A DNA stretch of 64,000 nt from Nibricoccus sp. (GCA_047602425.1 JASGHG010000001.1:2688001-2752000); one strand, 5' to 3'. Positions 47,754 through 58,321 are shown, counted from the stretch's first letter. Made by a program: numbers and translations. Notes: generated by a model not told the origin, from the letters alone.

Positions 47754-50700
47754 TCACTTTTGCGGGACCAAAAGCGGTGCCTTAACTTGCGCTTGAGCAG
47801 CAACTTTCCGACTGCGGACCCAGTTTGTAAAACGATCCAGATAGAGGTACGCCACCGGGGTGATATAGAGTGTCAGGAGCTGGGAAACCAGCAGACCGCC
47901 GACCACGGATAAGCCCAACGGACGCCGGGATTCCGCGCCTGCGCCCAGACCCAATGCGATTGGAATCGCTCCGGCCAGCGCGGCAAACGTGGTCATCATG
48001 ATCGGGCGGAAACGTACGAGGCAGGCTTGGAAAATTGCTTTTTCGGCTGAGGTTTCGCCTGCGTCCCGCGCGGACAAAGCAAAGTCGATCATCATGATCG
48101 CGTTCTTTTTCACGATGCCGATCAGCATGATAATACCGACATAGCCCATGATGTTGAGCTCTTCGCCGAAAGCCCAAAGCGTAAACAGCGCGCCGAAGCT
48201 CGCCGCCGGCAAACCTGACAAAATCGTGAGCGGATGGATAAAATCTTCGTAGAGAATGCCGAGCACAATATAGATCACGAGGACAGCCATGATGAGCAGC
48301 AGGCCAAGTCCTTTGAGCGATTCCGCAAACGCTTTGGCGCTGCCTTGGAAGGCGAAGCTAATGGTTTCGGGAAGATGCTGACGTGCGAGTGCCGTGATGG
48401 CATCGTTCGCGTGGCTCAGTGAAGCGCCGGGCTTGAGGTTGAACGAAATCGTGACGGCCGGCACCTGGCCGAGGTGGTTGACGGTAAGCGGGCCGACGGT
48501 GCGTTCGATGCTGGCGACGGCGCTGACCGGGACGAGTTTGCCGTTGCGCGCGCGCAAATGCAGCGACGGCAGGTCGTCGGGATCGCGTTGGAATTCCTGA
48601 CCCACCTCCATGATCACGTAGTATTGATTTGCCGGTGTGTAAATGGTCGACACCTGCCGCGAACCATAGGCGCTGTACAAGGCGTCCTCGATTTGCTGCG
48701 GGGTGAGGCCAAGCCGCGCGGCGCGGTCGCGGTCAATGGAAACGCGGGCCTGCGGACTGGAGATTTGCAGGTCGGAATTGACGTCCACGACCGCATCCAC
48801 TCCGCGGATACGCGTTTCCATGTCACGCGCCGCGGCGTAGAGTTCTTCGAGATCGCTGCCGAACAAGGTGAATTGGTACAACGCACGGCTTTGCTGGCCG
48901 CCGATGCGGATGGGCGGCGGCTGTTGCGGATAAACGCGAAGGCCGGGAACTTGAGCGAGATCGCGGCGCAGTTCCTGGATGACATCGCCGATCGGTTTGC
49001 GCTCGTCGCGATCCTTGAGGCGCATGAACATATTGCCGGAATTAACGGCTCCCTGACCGCCACCGCCCGCGACGGATGACATAAAGGCAGCGACATTCGG
49101 ATTCTTTGCCACGATCGCCGCGGCGGTTTCCTGGTGAAGAATCATCTCGTCGAACGAAATATCCTGCGATGCCTCGGTGGGCGCGCGCACCAAGCCATTG
49201 TCGTCGCTCGGGATGAACCCTTGCGGCAACGCGACCGCCAACAACGCGGTGAGCACGGCCATGCCGACCGCAACTCCCACGGTGGTTTTGCGCCATTGCA
49301 GGCTCACTCGCAGCGTCCGCTCATAGAGCGAGCGCATGCCATCGATAAAGCGCTCCGTATTCCGATAGAAACGACCATGCGTTTTGGCCGCCTCTTCCGA
49401 ATGCGGTTTTAAAAACCGGCTGCACAACATCGGCGTCAGTGTCAGCGACACGATTCCCGAAACGATGATCGATGCGGTGATCGTGATGGCGAATTCGTGC
49501 AGCAACCGCCCGAGAATGCCGCCCATGAACAGAATTGGGATAAACACGGCGACGAGCGACAGTGTCATCGAGAGAATCGTGAAACCGATTTCACCCGAAC
49601 CTTTGAAGGCCGCCTCGCGCACGGTCATGCCTTTTTCGGTGTAGCGAACGATGTTTTCCAACATCACGATCGCATCGTCGACCACGAAGCCCACGGAAAG
49701 CGTGAGCGCGAGCAGCGAGAAGTTGTCCAGCGTGTAGTCCAAAAAATACATCGCTACAAACGTGCCGAGCAGCGCCATGGGAATGGCCACGGCCGGGATG
49801 AGCGTGGCGCGCAGGGTACGCAGAAAGAGAAAGATCACCAAAACCACCAGACCGATGGAAAGCAGCAGCGTAAACTCCACGTCGTGGACCGCCTCACGGA
49901 TTGCCTCCGAGCTGTCGCGTAAAATTTCCAGACGAACCGAGGGTGGGATTTGCTGTTCGAACTGCGGCATCAAGGCGCGGATGCGATCCACCACTTCGAC
50001 GGTGTTGGTGCCTGGCTGGCGTTGCACGGCGAGCACCACGGCGCGGTTGCCCTTGCCCCCCGTGTAATACCAGCTCGCGATGCGGCGATTTTGCACGCTG
50101 TCGATCACCTCGGCGATTTCGCCGAGACGCACGGGCGCGCTGTTGCGGTAGGCCACCACGAGGTCGCGAAATTCTTCCGCAGTGTCGAGCTGGCCGGTGG
50201 CGACGACCTGCATGGCTTGTTTGGTGCCATCGAGCACGCCGGTTGGCAGGTTGACATTATGTGCGGCGAGGGCGCTACGAACCTCATCGATTGCAATGCC
50301 GCGCGAGGCGAGAGCCTCGGGATTCAGGCGGACGCGCAAAGCGTATTTCTGTGAACCGAAAACCTGCACCTGTGCGACGCCGTCGACCATCGAAATGCGC
50401 TGTGCGACCAACGTTTCGGCATACTCGTTGACCATCGATAGCGGCAGGGTGGGGGAACTAAACGCCAGAAACATAATCGGCGAATCCGCGGGATTCGCCT
50501 TTTGCAATGAAGGCGGCGCCGGCATATCGGTCGGCAAGCGGCGTTGCACAGCGGCGATGGCGGCCTGCACGTCCTGCGCCGCAGCGTCGATGTTACGTTC
50601 GAGCGTGAAGGTGAGTGTGATCTGGGTCGAGCCGAGCGCGCTGGTCGAGACCATCGACTCGATGCCGGCGATGGTGGAAAACTGTTGCTCAAGCGGAGTG

Positions 50701-50891
50701 GCGACAGCCGATGCCATCGTTTCGGGCGTGGCGCCGGGCAGACCCGCGCTGACCTGAATCGTCGGGAAGTCGACGCGCGGAAGATCGTTCACCGGCAGGA
50801 GCCGGAAAGCCATGACGCCGAAGACGCACAGCGCCGCGGTCAGCAGCGTGGTCATCACTGGTCGGCGTATGCAAATTGCGGGAAGATTCAT
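47754..50891 (-). CDS. RND efflux permease (MdtB/C-like, HAE1)
   Basis: IRRPVMT, GFVVDDAIV, GIVKKNAIMM, RFRPIMMTT. Confidence 0.95.
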   Translation of the reverse strand: MNLPAICIRRPVMTTLLTAALCVFGVMAFRLLPVNDLPRVDFPTIQVSAGLPGATPETMASAVATPLEQQFSTIAGIESMVSTSALGSTQITLTFTLERNIDAAAQDVQAAIAAVQRRLPTDMPAPPSLQKANPADSPIMFLAFSSPTLPLSMVNEYAETLVAQRISMVDGVAQVQVFGSQKYALRVRLNPEALASRGIAIDEVRSALAAHNVNLPTGVLDGTKQAMQVVATGQLDTAEEFRDLVVAYRNSAPVRLGEIAEVIDSVQNRRIASWYYTGGKGNRAVVLAVQRQPGTNTVEVVDRIRALMPQFEQQIPPSVRLEILRDSSEAIREAVHDVEFTLLLSIGLVVLVIFLFLRTLRATLIPAVAIPMALLGTFVAMYFLDYTLDNFSLLALTLSVGFVVDDAIVMLENIVRYTEKGMTVREAAFKGSGEIGFTILSMTLSLVAVFIPILFMGGILGRLLHEFAITITASIIVSGIVSLTLTPMLCSRFLKPHSEEAAKTHGRFYRNTERFIDGMRSLYERTLRVSLQWRKTTVGVAVGMAVLTALLAVALPQGFIPSDDNGLVRAPTEASQDISFDEMILHQETAAAIVAKNPNVAAFMSSVAGGGGQGAVNSGNMFMRLKDRDERKPIGDVIQELRRDLAQVPGLRVYPQQPPPIRIGGQQSRALYQFTLFGSDLEELYAAARDMETRIRGVDAVVDVNSDLQISSPQARVSIDRDRAARLGLTPQQIEDALYSAYGSRQVSTIYTPANQYYVIMEVGQEFQRDPDDLPSLHLRARNGKLVPVSAVASIERTVGPLTVNHLGQVPAVTISFNLKPGASLSHANDAITALARQHLPETISFAFQGSAKAFAESLKGLGLLLIMAVLVIYIVLGILYEDFIHPLTILSGLPAASFGALFTLWAFGEELNIMGYVGIIMLIGIVKKNAIMMIDFALSARDAGETSAEKAIFQACLVRFRPIMMTTFAALAGAIPIALGLGAGAESRRPLGLSVVGGLLVSQLLTLYITPVAYLYLDRFTNWVRSRKVAAQAQVKAPLLVPQK

Positions 50892-50913
50892 GGATGACTC
50901 CAGTCGGGGCGCG

Positions 50914-52077
50914 TTATTTTTTCGTCTGCTTTTTGACGCTGAGGGCCGCGGCTTCTTCCAGCGTGCGGACAACCACCTTGGCGCCCGGCACGAGCCGGAT
51001 CTGGCCATCGGTCACGATCGTGTCGCCTTCGTCGATGCCTTTGGCGATGGAAGTGAGTTCCCCGGCGGCGCGTGCAATGGTCACGTCGCGTAACTCCACG
51101 GTGTTGTCGGGCTTCAAAATGTATGCCTGGCGGCCCTTTTGTCCGACTTGAATGGCCGAGGTGGGCACGACGATTTGGTTGGCCTCGATGCCAAGGTTCA
51201 ACTCGACGTTGACGAAACGGCCAGGCCAGAGCGCATGATCCGTGTTTTCAAAACGGGCTTTGAGCGTGATCATGCCGGTAGTGGGGTCGACGGTGTTGTC
51301 GACGAAGTCCACCACGCCATCCGCCTGCAGGGAGGAGTCTTCGCGTCCGGTGACGCGCACGGACATGTTGTTGGTTGCGAATGCGGCCCGTACAGCGTCG
51401 ACCAGTCGCTCGGGCACCGCGAAGGAGACGGAGATGGGAGCCAGTTGGTTGATGGTGACAATGGAGGACGCGGCGTCGTTGGCTTTTACCAAAGCGCCCT
51501 CGTGCAACAGGCGTTGGCCGGTGCGGTCTGCGATGGGCGCGCGGATTTCGGCGTAGCCGAGTTGTAGTTGAGCATTGGCTACAAAGGCCTCTTTTGCGGC
51601 GACCTGCGCCTTGGTGGATTCGGCTTGGGTGACCAACTGGGCGTATTGCTCTTTGGAAACGACCGAAGCCTGATCGAGCTGGTGGTAACGCTCGGCATCC
51701 GTAGCGGCGCGATTAGCTTGGGCGCGGGCATTAACGAGATCGGCTTGTGCGATCTGCAGGCTGTTTTCAAAAGGTCGCTTATCGAGCGAGACGAGCAAAT
51801 CGCCCGCTTTGACCTCGTCGCCCTCGGTGAACGCCACGCTCTGGATAATACCATCGACCTGGCTTTTGACCGCAACACTGCGCAATGCCTGAACGGTGCC
51901 GATCGCTTTCTGGGTGATCGGCATCGCCTGACGCGTGGCCTTTGCCACTTGGACCGGCACGGGTTGCGGCGTGCGTGGACCGGTCGCGTTTCGGCTGCAT
52001 CCGGCGAAAAAAACCGCTGCACCCAGCAAGCAACATGACACCAGACCGACACTACGCATCCAGAAAGAGAGTTTCAT
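50914..52077 (-). CDS. RND membrane fusion protein (MdtA-like)
   Basis: Lipobox FAGC; V.SQVDG, EGDEVKAGD, IRAPI, DNTVDPTTG, LWPGRFV. Confidence 0.95.
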   Translation of the reverse strand: MKLSFWMRSVGLVSCCLLGAAVFFAGCSRNATGPRTPQPVPVQVAKATRQAMPITQKAIGTVQALRSVAVKSQVDGIIQSVAFTEGDEVKAGDLLVSLDKRPFENSLQIAQADLVNARAQANRAATDAERYHQLDQASVVSKEQYAQLVTQAESTKAQVAAKEAFVANAQLQLGYAEIRAPIADRTGQRLLHEGALVKANDAASSIVTINQLAPISVSFAVPERLVDAVRAAFATNNMSVRVTGREDSSLQADGVVDFVDNTVDPTTGMITLKARFENTDHALWPGRFVNVELNLGIEANQIVVPTSAIQVGQKGRQAYILKPDNTVELRDVTIARAAGELTSIAKGIDEGDTIVTDGQIRLVPGAKVVVRTLEEAAALSVKKQTKK

Positions 52078-52107
52078 TGTAACAAGTTCAACGGATTTAG
52101 CCCATCT

Positions 52108-52133
52108 GACGCAAACCGGGATTTGCAGTTACA
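52108..52133 (-). promoter_or_regulatory. Putative ECF sigma promoter of the RND operon
   Basis: TGTAAC-N16-CGTC, 31 nt upstream of ATG 52077. Confidence 0.55.
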
Positions 52134-52334
52134 GCAACCTTTGGCCTCAAAACGTTCCATTTGTTTCGCCCGTGCGAGATCGCCAACCATCTTCAAGTCA
52201 CCAAACGTCGCGGAACACGCATCGGCAGCCGTTGTCCAGCCGCCCGGCCTTTGGCTGTTTTTTGGCGATTTGTAAATTTGCCGCTTTGAAATCCCCGTTT
52301 TCTTGATCATTCTCCGCTCAATCGACCCCAAGGC

Positions 52335-54821
52335 ATGAATACTACTCGTTCCATGAAACGCATCCTCGTCGGCGGTCTTGCCACCGCTTTGGTCATCCTC
52401 TCAGCCCACGCCATTAGCGCCGACAAACTCGCCGCGCTGCGTGCCAAAGCCGAAGCCGGCGACGGCCCTTCCCAATATGAACTCGGCCTTGCCTACGCTG
52501 ATCCGCAAGAGCCGATGGCCGATATCACGGAAGCCTACGTCTGGTTCACCCTCGCCGCCGAAAATGGCGCGCCGGGCAAAGCCTACATGATCGTGACCAA
52601 CCAGATGTCGCCCCAGCAACTGGCCGAGGGAAAAAAACTTTTGGAGCAACGCCGCGCGGACCTGGCCGCCCATCGCCCGATCATCGCCAGCACTCCGGTC
52701 GCACGCGCGGACTCTTCCAGCCCGGTCTCGCCCATTGTCGGCGCCTCGCCAGAACCAGATAATACCGCCATCAAGACCGAGCTTGCCAAGGCCACTGCCG
52801 AACTTGCCGCTGCTAAAAAAGAGACCCAGCAGATCAAGGCCGAACTGGAAAAAGCCAACCAGGCCGCTCTCGAAAAATTGAGGACCGAGCGCGACGAACT
52901 CGCCGCAACCGTCGCCAAGTACACCAACGAAATTTCCACCATGCGCGCCGCCGCGGCGAACTTCGAAGGCGAACGCAACGGCCTCAAGCAACAGATTGCC
53001 GAAGCCGGCAAATCTTCCAAGGAGTCGAAGGATACCCTCGCGGCCGATCTCGCCGCCACCAACGCAAAACTCAAAACCGCCGAGAACGAACTCTCCAAGG
53101 CCGACACCAATCTCAAGGCGCTTACCGAAGCCAAACAGTCGCTCGCCTCGCTGAGCGACCAAGTGCAAAAACTCACGGCCGAGAATCAACGCCTCGCCAA
53201 CCTGTCCAAACAAACGGAATCGGCTTCCGCCGAAAAACTCGCCGCCTCCGACAAGGTGCTCGGCGAAACCAAGGCCGAACTCGCCCGGGCTCAGGCCAGT
53301 CTCGCCGCCGCCACGACTCAAGCCGCGAGCGCGGCCAGCCTCGGCTCCGACCTTGCCGCTCTTCGCTCGGCCAACACCGATCTAAATGGACAGGTACAAA
53401 AACTCACCGCCGAAAAAGACCAGGCGCTTGCGCAAGCCGCACAAGCTTCCGCCCAGGCTCGCGAACAAATCGAAGCGCTCGCCGGTAAATTGAAAGCGAG
53501 CGAAATGAACGCGGCCAGTTCACTCGCCGAAAACGCCGAACTCACCAAGCAGATTGCCACCCTTCAGTCCGCTCCTCCAAAAGACAATCCGGAGACTGCC
53601 GCCCAACTCGCCAAGCTCACCGCCGATTTGCAGACGGCGCAAAATACCGCTGCCCAGGAAAAACAGGCGCTGGCCGCCCAGCTCCAGGCCACTCAGGCCG
53701 CCGCCGAGAAGGCGAATGCCGACAATGCCGAACTTTCCAAGCAACTCGCCGCGCTTCAGGCCAAACCAAAAAAAGATCCCGAGTCCAAGGCCAAGCTCGA
53801 CAAGCTCGCCGCCGAACTTGACGCCGCCAAACTCGCGCAGCGCGCCATTGAGGAGGAGAAGGAGTCTCTCGCCTCCAGCCTCAAGAAAACTGAAAAAGCC
53901 CTCGCCAAGGCCACTGAGGATCGCGACGAATTGGAACAAAAACTAAAAGCCACCGACAAACCTTCCAAGAAGGAAGCCGCCGCCAGGGCCCAAGTCGAAC
54001 AGCTCAAGGCCGAACTCGAAGCTGCCCGGGCCGCTCAAGCCGGTTCTTCCAGCGGGGACCTCGAAAAAGCGCGCCAGGAAGTCGCCGCGCTGCAGGCCAA
54101 ACTTAGCGAAACTGAACAGGCCCTCGCCGCAGCCAAAGCCGCTCCTGCCACGGCCGTCGCCTCCGCCGAAACGCCAGCTTCCGCCGAAACTCCTGCCGCT
54201 GCCCCCGCTGGCGATGCCGCTGCTGCGAACGAAACCGTTGCTAATCTCCAAAAAGAGCTCAACGAAAGCCAGATCAAACTCGATGCCGCGCTTCGTTCCT
54301 TCCAACTCCAGCAGGCGGAGATTGATCGTCTGCAAAACGCCCTCGCGAACATTGACAACGAGCGCGCCTCCGTGGTCGACAAGCTCAAGCTCGCCCGCGA
54401 CGAAGCTTCCAACGCCGCCAGCCGCGCCTCGGCCAACAACGATGCCGCTGCTCAGCTTGCCGGCGTGCGCGAACAACTTCGCCAGACACAAAACCAGCTC
54501 GCCAGCATCGCCTATGAAAACACCGAGCTGAAACACCGCCTCTCCTACGGTTCACCGTCGTCCAATACACTTACGCCGCTGCCATTGCCCTCCACGGTTG
54601 CCACCACGCCGCCGAACCGTCCGGGCAACACCAGGACCGCCGCGGTGGAAACACCCGCCGCGCCTCGCACGCACACCGTGGCCGCTGGCGAAAGTCTTTC
54701 TGGCATCGCCAAACGCTACTACGGCAGCGCCAATCGCTGGCAGGAAATCCTCGACGCCAACAAAGGCACCTTGAAGAGCCCCGCCGCCTTGCGTCCCGGC
54801 ATGAAGCTCAAGATCCCGTAA
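52335..54821 (+). CDS. Secreted Sel1-repeat / long coiled-coil / LysM protein
   Basis: Signal peptide (alternative start 52353); AEAGD..SQYELGLAY...AYVWF.LAA; Ala/Glu/Lys heptads; HTVAAGESLSGIAKRYYG...LKIP. Confidence 0.9.
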   Translation: MNTTRSMKRILVGGLATALVILSAHAISADKLAALRAKAEAGDGPSQYELGLAYADPQEPMADITEAYVWFTLAAENGAPGKAYMIVTNQMSPQQLAEGKKLLEQRRADLAAHRPIIASTPVARADSSSPVSPIVGASPEPDNTAIKTELAKATAELAAAKKETQQIKAELEKANQAALEKLRTERDELAATVAKYTNEISTMRAAAANFEGERNGLKQQIAEAGKSSKESKDTLAADLAATNAKLKTAENELSKADTNLKALTEAKQSLASLSDQVQKLTAENQRLANLSKQTESASAEKLAASDKVLGETKAELARAQASLAAATTQAASAASLGSDLAALRSANTDLNGQVQKLTAEKDQALAQAAQASAQAREQIEALAGKLKASEMNAASSLAENAELTKQIATLQSAPPKDNPETAAQLAKLTADLQTAQNTAAQEKQALAAQLQATQAAAEKANADNAELSKQLAALQAKPKKDPESKAKLDKLAAELDAAKLAQRAIEEEKESLASSLKKTEKALAKATEDRDELEQKLKATDKPSKKEAAARAQVEQLKAELEAARAAQAGSSSGDLEKARQEVAALQAKLSETEQALAAAKAAPATAVASAETPASAETPAAAPAGDAAAANETVANLQKELNESQIKLDAALRSFQLQQAEIDRLQNALANIDNERASVVDKLKLARDEASNAASRASANNDAAAQLAGVREQLRQTQNQLASIAYENTELKHRLSYGSPSSNTLTPLPLPSTVATTPPNRPGNTRTAAVETPAAPRTHTVAAGESLSGIAKRYYGSANRWQEILDANKGTLKSPAALRPGMKLKIP

Positions 54822-54847
54822 GCAGCAGACGCATTTTCATCCTCTTT

Positions 54848-54875
54848 AGCGGCGTCTCCTCGATGCCGCTTTTTT
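54848..54875 (+). terminator. Intrinsic terminator after LysM gene
   Basis: AGCGGCGTC-TCCTC-GATGCCGCT-TTTTT. Confidence 0.85.
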
Positions 54876-54940
54876 GTTGGGATGGCAGGGAGATTCCTGC
54901 TCTCGTTTGCAAACCGTTCCGCCTGCTGCAGCCTGTTGCT

Positions 54941-55480
54941 ATGCCCGAGACCATTGATCTCACGCAGCTTCTTGTTCGTCGTGCTGAGTTCAAACGATTC
55001 CTCACGTCCCGCCTGGGTGGAAATGACGCGGACGCGGAAGATCTTTTGCAGAACAGCCTGACCAAAGCCCTGCATGCAGCCGCTACCGTGAACGATCGGG
55101 AAAAACTTATTCCTTGGTTCTACCAAGTGCTTCGGCATGCGGTTGTCGACCACGTGCGCAGTCATCAGGCTCTCCGAAAACGAGAGGATCAATGGACACT
55201 CGAAACCGCGGCGTTGGGGGATGAGGAAAGTCATCAACACGTTTGCCGATGCTTCGAAAGCCTTTTGCCCACGCTCAAGCCTCTGCATGCCGAACTGCTG
55301 CGTCGCGTAGAAATGAACAATGAAAACGTCGCGCAAACCGCATCTGCGCTCGGACTGACTGCTGGGAACGCCAGTGTCATCCTGCACCGTGCACGCAAGG
55401 AATTGCGTCATCAGTTGGAAGCTTTTTGCGGCCCGTGCGCGGATAAAACCTGCTTCGACTGCGATTGCGGCGAAGCCTAG
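54941..55480 (+). CDS. CorE-like metal-responsive ECF sigma factor with C-terminal Cys-rich domain
   Basis: AEDLLQ/WFYQVLRHAVVD; linker CRC; sigma4 LHRAR; tail CGPCADKTCFDCDC; adjacent to a Cu-ATPase. Confidence 0.85.
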   Translation: MPETIDLTQLLVRRAEFKRFLTSRLGGNDADAEDLLQNSLTKALHAAATVNDREKLIPWFYQVLRHAVVDHVRSHQALRKREDQWTLETAALGDEESHQHVCRCFESLLPTLKPLHAELLRRVEMNNENVAQTASALGLTAGNASVILHRARKELRHQLEAFCGPCADKTCFDCDCGEA

Positions 55481-55496
55481 CCTCTGTTGAAATCGT

Positions 55497-55522
55497 TGTA
55501 AGGTTCGGCAAACGACTCCGTC
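55497..55522 (+). promoter_or_regulatory. Putative ECF sigma promoter of copA
   Basis: TGTAAG-N16-CGTC, 12 nt before ATG 55534. Confidence 0.55.
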
Positions 55523-55533
55523 TGCCGGTTGTC

Positions 55534-57604
55534 ATGCATACTCATTCATCCGATCACCACCATCCGCCTCCTGCATCGTCGTCCACTCCGTGCCACAGCC
55601 ATCCTGCCGCCGGCGAATTGGCACGGACTGACGCTCCTGTCTACATGGGCCTGCCGCACGAACGCGTTCTGCGACCGCGTTTTTGGGTGGCGATCGCGCT
55701 CAGCCTGCCGATTTTCGTGCTGGCAATGGGAGAAATGGTCCCCGGTCCTGCGCGACCTGCTTCCATCCGCGCGGGTTTCCGGCTGGATACAGTTTGCTCT
55801 GACCACGCCCGTCTTTTTTTGGTGTGGCTGGTTTTTTATTCGTCGCTGGTGGAAATCCATCCGCGAGCGCGATACCAACATGTTTACGCTGACCGTCACC
55901 GGTACGGGCGCGGCGTATTTCTACAGCACCGCAGCTTTGCTTTTTCCAAAAATATTTGCCACCGCCACAACGCACGGCGGGCACGGAATACCGCTTTATT
56001 TCGAGGCTGCGGCCGTAATCACGACGATCGTCCTTCTTGGCCAGATTCTGGAGCAGCGCGCCCATGCCCGCACGGATGCGGCTATTCGCGCGCTCATGGA
56101 TCTCGCTCCGGCTTTTGCCCATCGCGTCGTCGATGGTCAGGAACACGATATTCCCCTCGATCAAGTTCAGGTCGGCGACTTGTTGAGAGTCCGCCCCGGC
56201 GAGCGAATCCCGACCGACGGTGCCGTGACTGACGGCGCAAGTGCGGTCGACGAATCGATGCTCACGGGGGAACCGATGCCAGTAGCCAAAATGGCCGGCG
56301 ATACGGTGAGCGGCGGTACGCTCAATGCCAACGGCACTCTTTTGCTCCGCGCCGAACGCGTCGGCCGCGACACGCTTCTGGCCCAGATCATCCATCTGGT
56401 AGAAGAGGCGCAGGAGAGCGAAGCGCCGATCCAGCGGCTCGCCGACCGTGTGTCCAATTGGTTTATTCCTGCTGTCGCCGCCGTTGCTGCCGTCACGTTT
56501 GGACTTTGGCTATGGTTGGGGCCTGAACCGCGACTCATTCACGCCCTCGTCAATGCCGTGGCCGTCCTGATCATCGCCTGTCCCTGTGCGTTGGGTCTTG
56601 CCACGCCGGTTTCGCTCGTCACCGCCATCGGCCGGGGCGCACAGGCGGGTGTGCTGGTACGCGACGCCGCGGCGCTGGAAAGGCTCGCTCATGCCGATAC
56701 ACTGTTAATCGACAAAACCGGCACTCTGACGGAAGGCAAACCGGTTGTCACCGCGCTTGCTCCCGCTGCCAGTTTCGACGAAGCCAAACTGCTCGTGCTG
56801 GCCGCTTCGGCTGAGAGTGCGAGTGAGCATCCTTTGGCTCGGGCCATCGTGGCCGAGGCGATTGCCCGCCAACTCGCGCTTCGGCCTGCGACCGGTTTTT
56901 CCGCGCAGCCCGGTTTTGGGGTTCGTGCGACGGTTGATGGCCGGCTGGTCGAAATCGGCCGGGCGCCCAACACCAATGTCCCCTTTGACGATACCACGCT
57001 GGTCGGTGTGCAGATTGACGGGCAGCACGCCGGCACAATCGCATTGAGCGATCCGCTGAAAGTCACGACAGCCGCCGCAATCAACGAACTGCATCATCTC
57101 GGTTTTAAGATTATCATGGTTACCGGCGACCGAAAACCCATCGCTGCTCAGATCGCCGCGCAATTGCGCCTCGACGGTTATCACGCCAGTGTCACGCCCG
57201 AAGAGAAACAAAAGCTCGTCACCGAACTGCGCGCCAGCGGTAAACACGTGGTCTTCGCCGGCGACGGCATCAACGACGCTCCGGCCCTCGCTGCCGCCGA
57301 AGTGAGCATAGCGATGGGAACAGGCACGGACGTCGCGATGGCCAGCGCAGGCCTTGTGCTCGTGAAGGGCGACTTGCGCGGCATCGTCAAGGCCGTGCAT
57401 CTCAGTCGCGCCACGCTGGCCAACATCAAACAGAATCTCTTCCTTGCGTTCGTTTATAACGCGCTCGGCATTCCGGTGGCGGCGGGCGTGTTGTATCCAT
57501 TTTTTGGATGGCTGCTCAGTCCGATGCTCGCCGGGGTCGCCATGAGCCTGAGTTCGCTCAGCGTCGTTTCGAATGCCCTGCGGTTGCGCCGGGCGAAATT
57601 GTGA
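55534..57604 (+). pseudogene. copA: Copper-translocating P1B-type ATPase, 1-nt insertion in C-run 55740-55743 (probably a sequencing error)
   Basis: [40 protein letters not shown]; removing one C gives MGEMVPVLRDLL. Confidence 0.93.
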
Positions 57605-57752
57605 ACGTTTTAGCGTGGCATGGCTATCGCGCCTCGCCCGAGAGTGGAGTCATGGCTGAAGCAAGTGGCTGGAATTTAAGGGCGTGCTAAGACCTGAATT
57701 AAGTCAGCTAGCGTTCGGACTGCCTTTTAGCGTTCCCCCCATATTTGCCTTC

Positions 57753-57780
57753 GGAACCCGGCTTCGTTTATAACGTCTAA
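57753..57780 (+). promoter_or_regulatory. Putative ECF (RpoE-like) promoter
   Basis: GGAAC-N16-CGTCTAA, 8 nt before ATG 57788. Confidence 0.65.
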
Positions 57781-57787
57781 TCTTCGT

Positions 57788-58234
57788 ATGAAACTACTCC
57801 TGCTTCCGCTCCTTTGTCTGGCTGCCGCGCTCACCGGGTGCAGCACGGTGAGCAGTCGTATCGACGAAAAATCCGCGTATTTCAACACCCTCGACGCGCA
57901 AACCCAAGAGCGTCTGAAACGCAGCGCCGTCAAGGTCGGCGATACGCAGGACATGGTCTACATCGCCTTCGGCCAGCCTGATCGGACCCGCGAAAAAGTC
58001 ACCGGGTCGGCTCAGGAAACCGTGTGGATTTATAACACTTACCGGTCGGAATATGCCGGTACGCATTTCGCGGGTTACCACCGTCAGGTGTATTATAATC
58101 CGCGGACGAATACCCGACGGATTTACTACGATCCCGTGTACGTCTCGGCCTATCGTGAAAGGACCGAGGAATATATGCGCGTGATTTTCAGGGGAGGCTT
58201 GGTCAGCGCCATTGAGCAACAGGCGTACAATTGA
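57788..58234 (+). CDS. Lipoprotein, SmpA/OmlA(BamE)-like fold
   Basis: Lipobox LTGC; VGDT.DMVYIAFGQPD...W.Y...V.F.GGLV. Confidence 0.75.
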   Translation: MKLLLLPLLCLAAALTGCSTVSSRIDEKSAYFNTLDAQTQERLKRSAVKVGDTQDMVYIAFGQPDRTREKVTGSAQETVWIYNTYRSEYAGTHFAGYHRQVYYNPRTNTRRIYYDPVYVSAYRERTEEYMRVIFRGGLVSAIEQQAYN

Positions 58235-58270
58235 AACCCCCTCGATCCGCAACCAACGGCTCCACCTAAT

Positions 58271-58301
58271 AAAAAGCCCGGCCGGATGGCCGGGCTTCGT
58301 T
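58271..58301. terminator. Terminator between convergent genes
   Basis: AAAAAGCCCGGCC-GGAT-GGCCGGGCTTCGTT. Confidence 0.85.
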
Positions 58302-58321
58302 ATTGAAAAGGGTGGACTGGC

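Noticed and set aside
55734..55750. Programmed frameshift in copA, as in E. coli CopA/CopZ
   Set aside because: That case is a -1 slip after an HMA domain. Here there is no HMA domain, the break follows TM1 in a C-run, and similar indels occur elsewhere in the window
57617..57690. GG-N10-GC motif and a 12-codon ORF after copA
   Set aside because: No credible downstream gene; the next gene has a better ECF-type promoter
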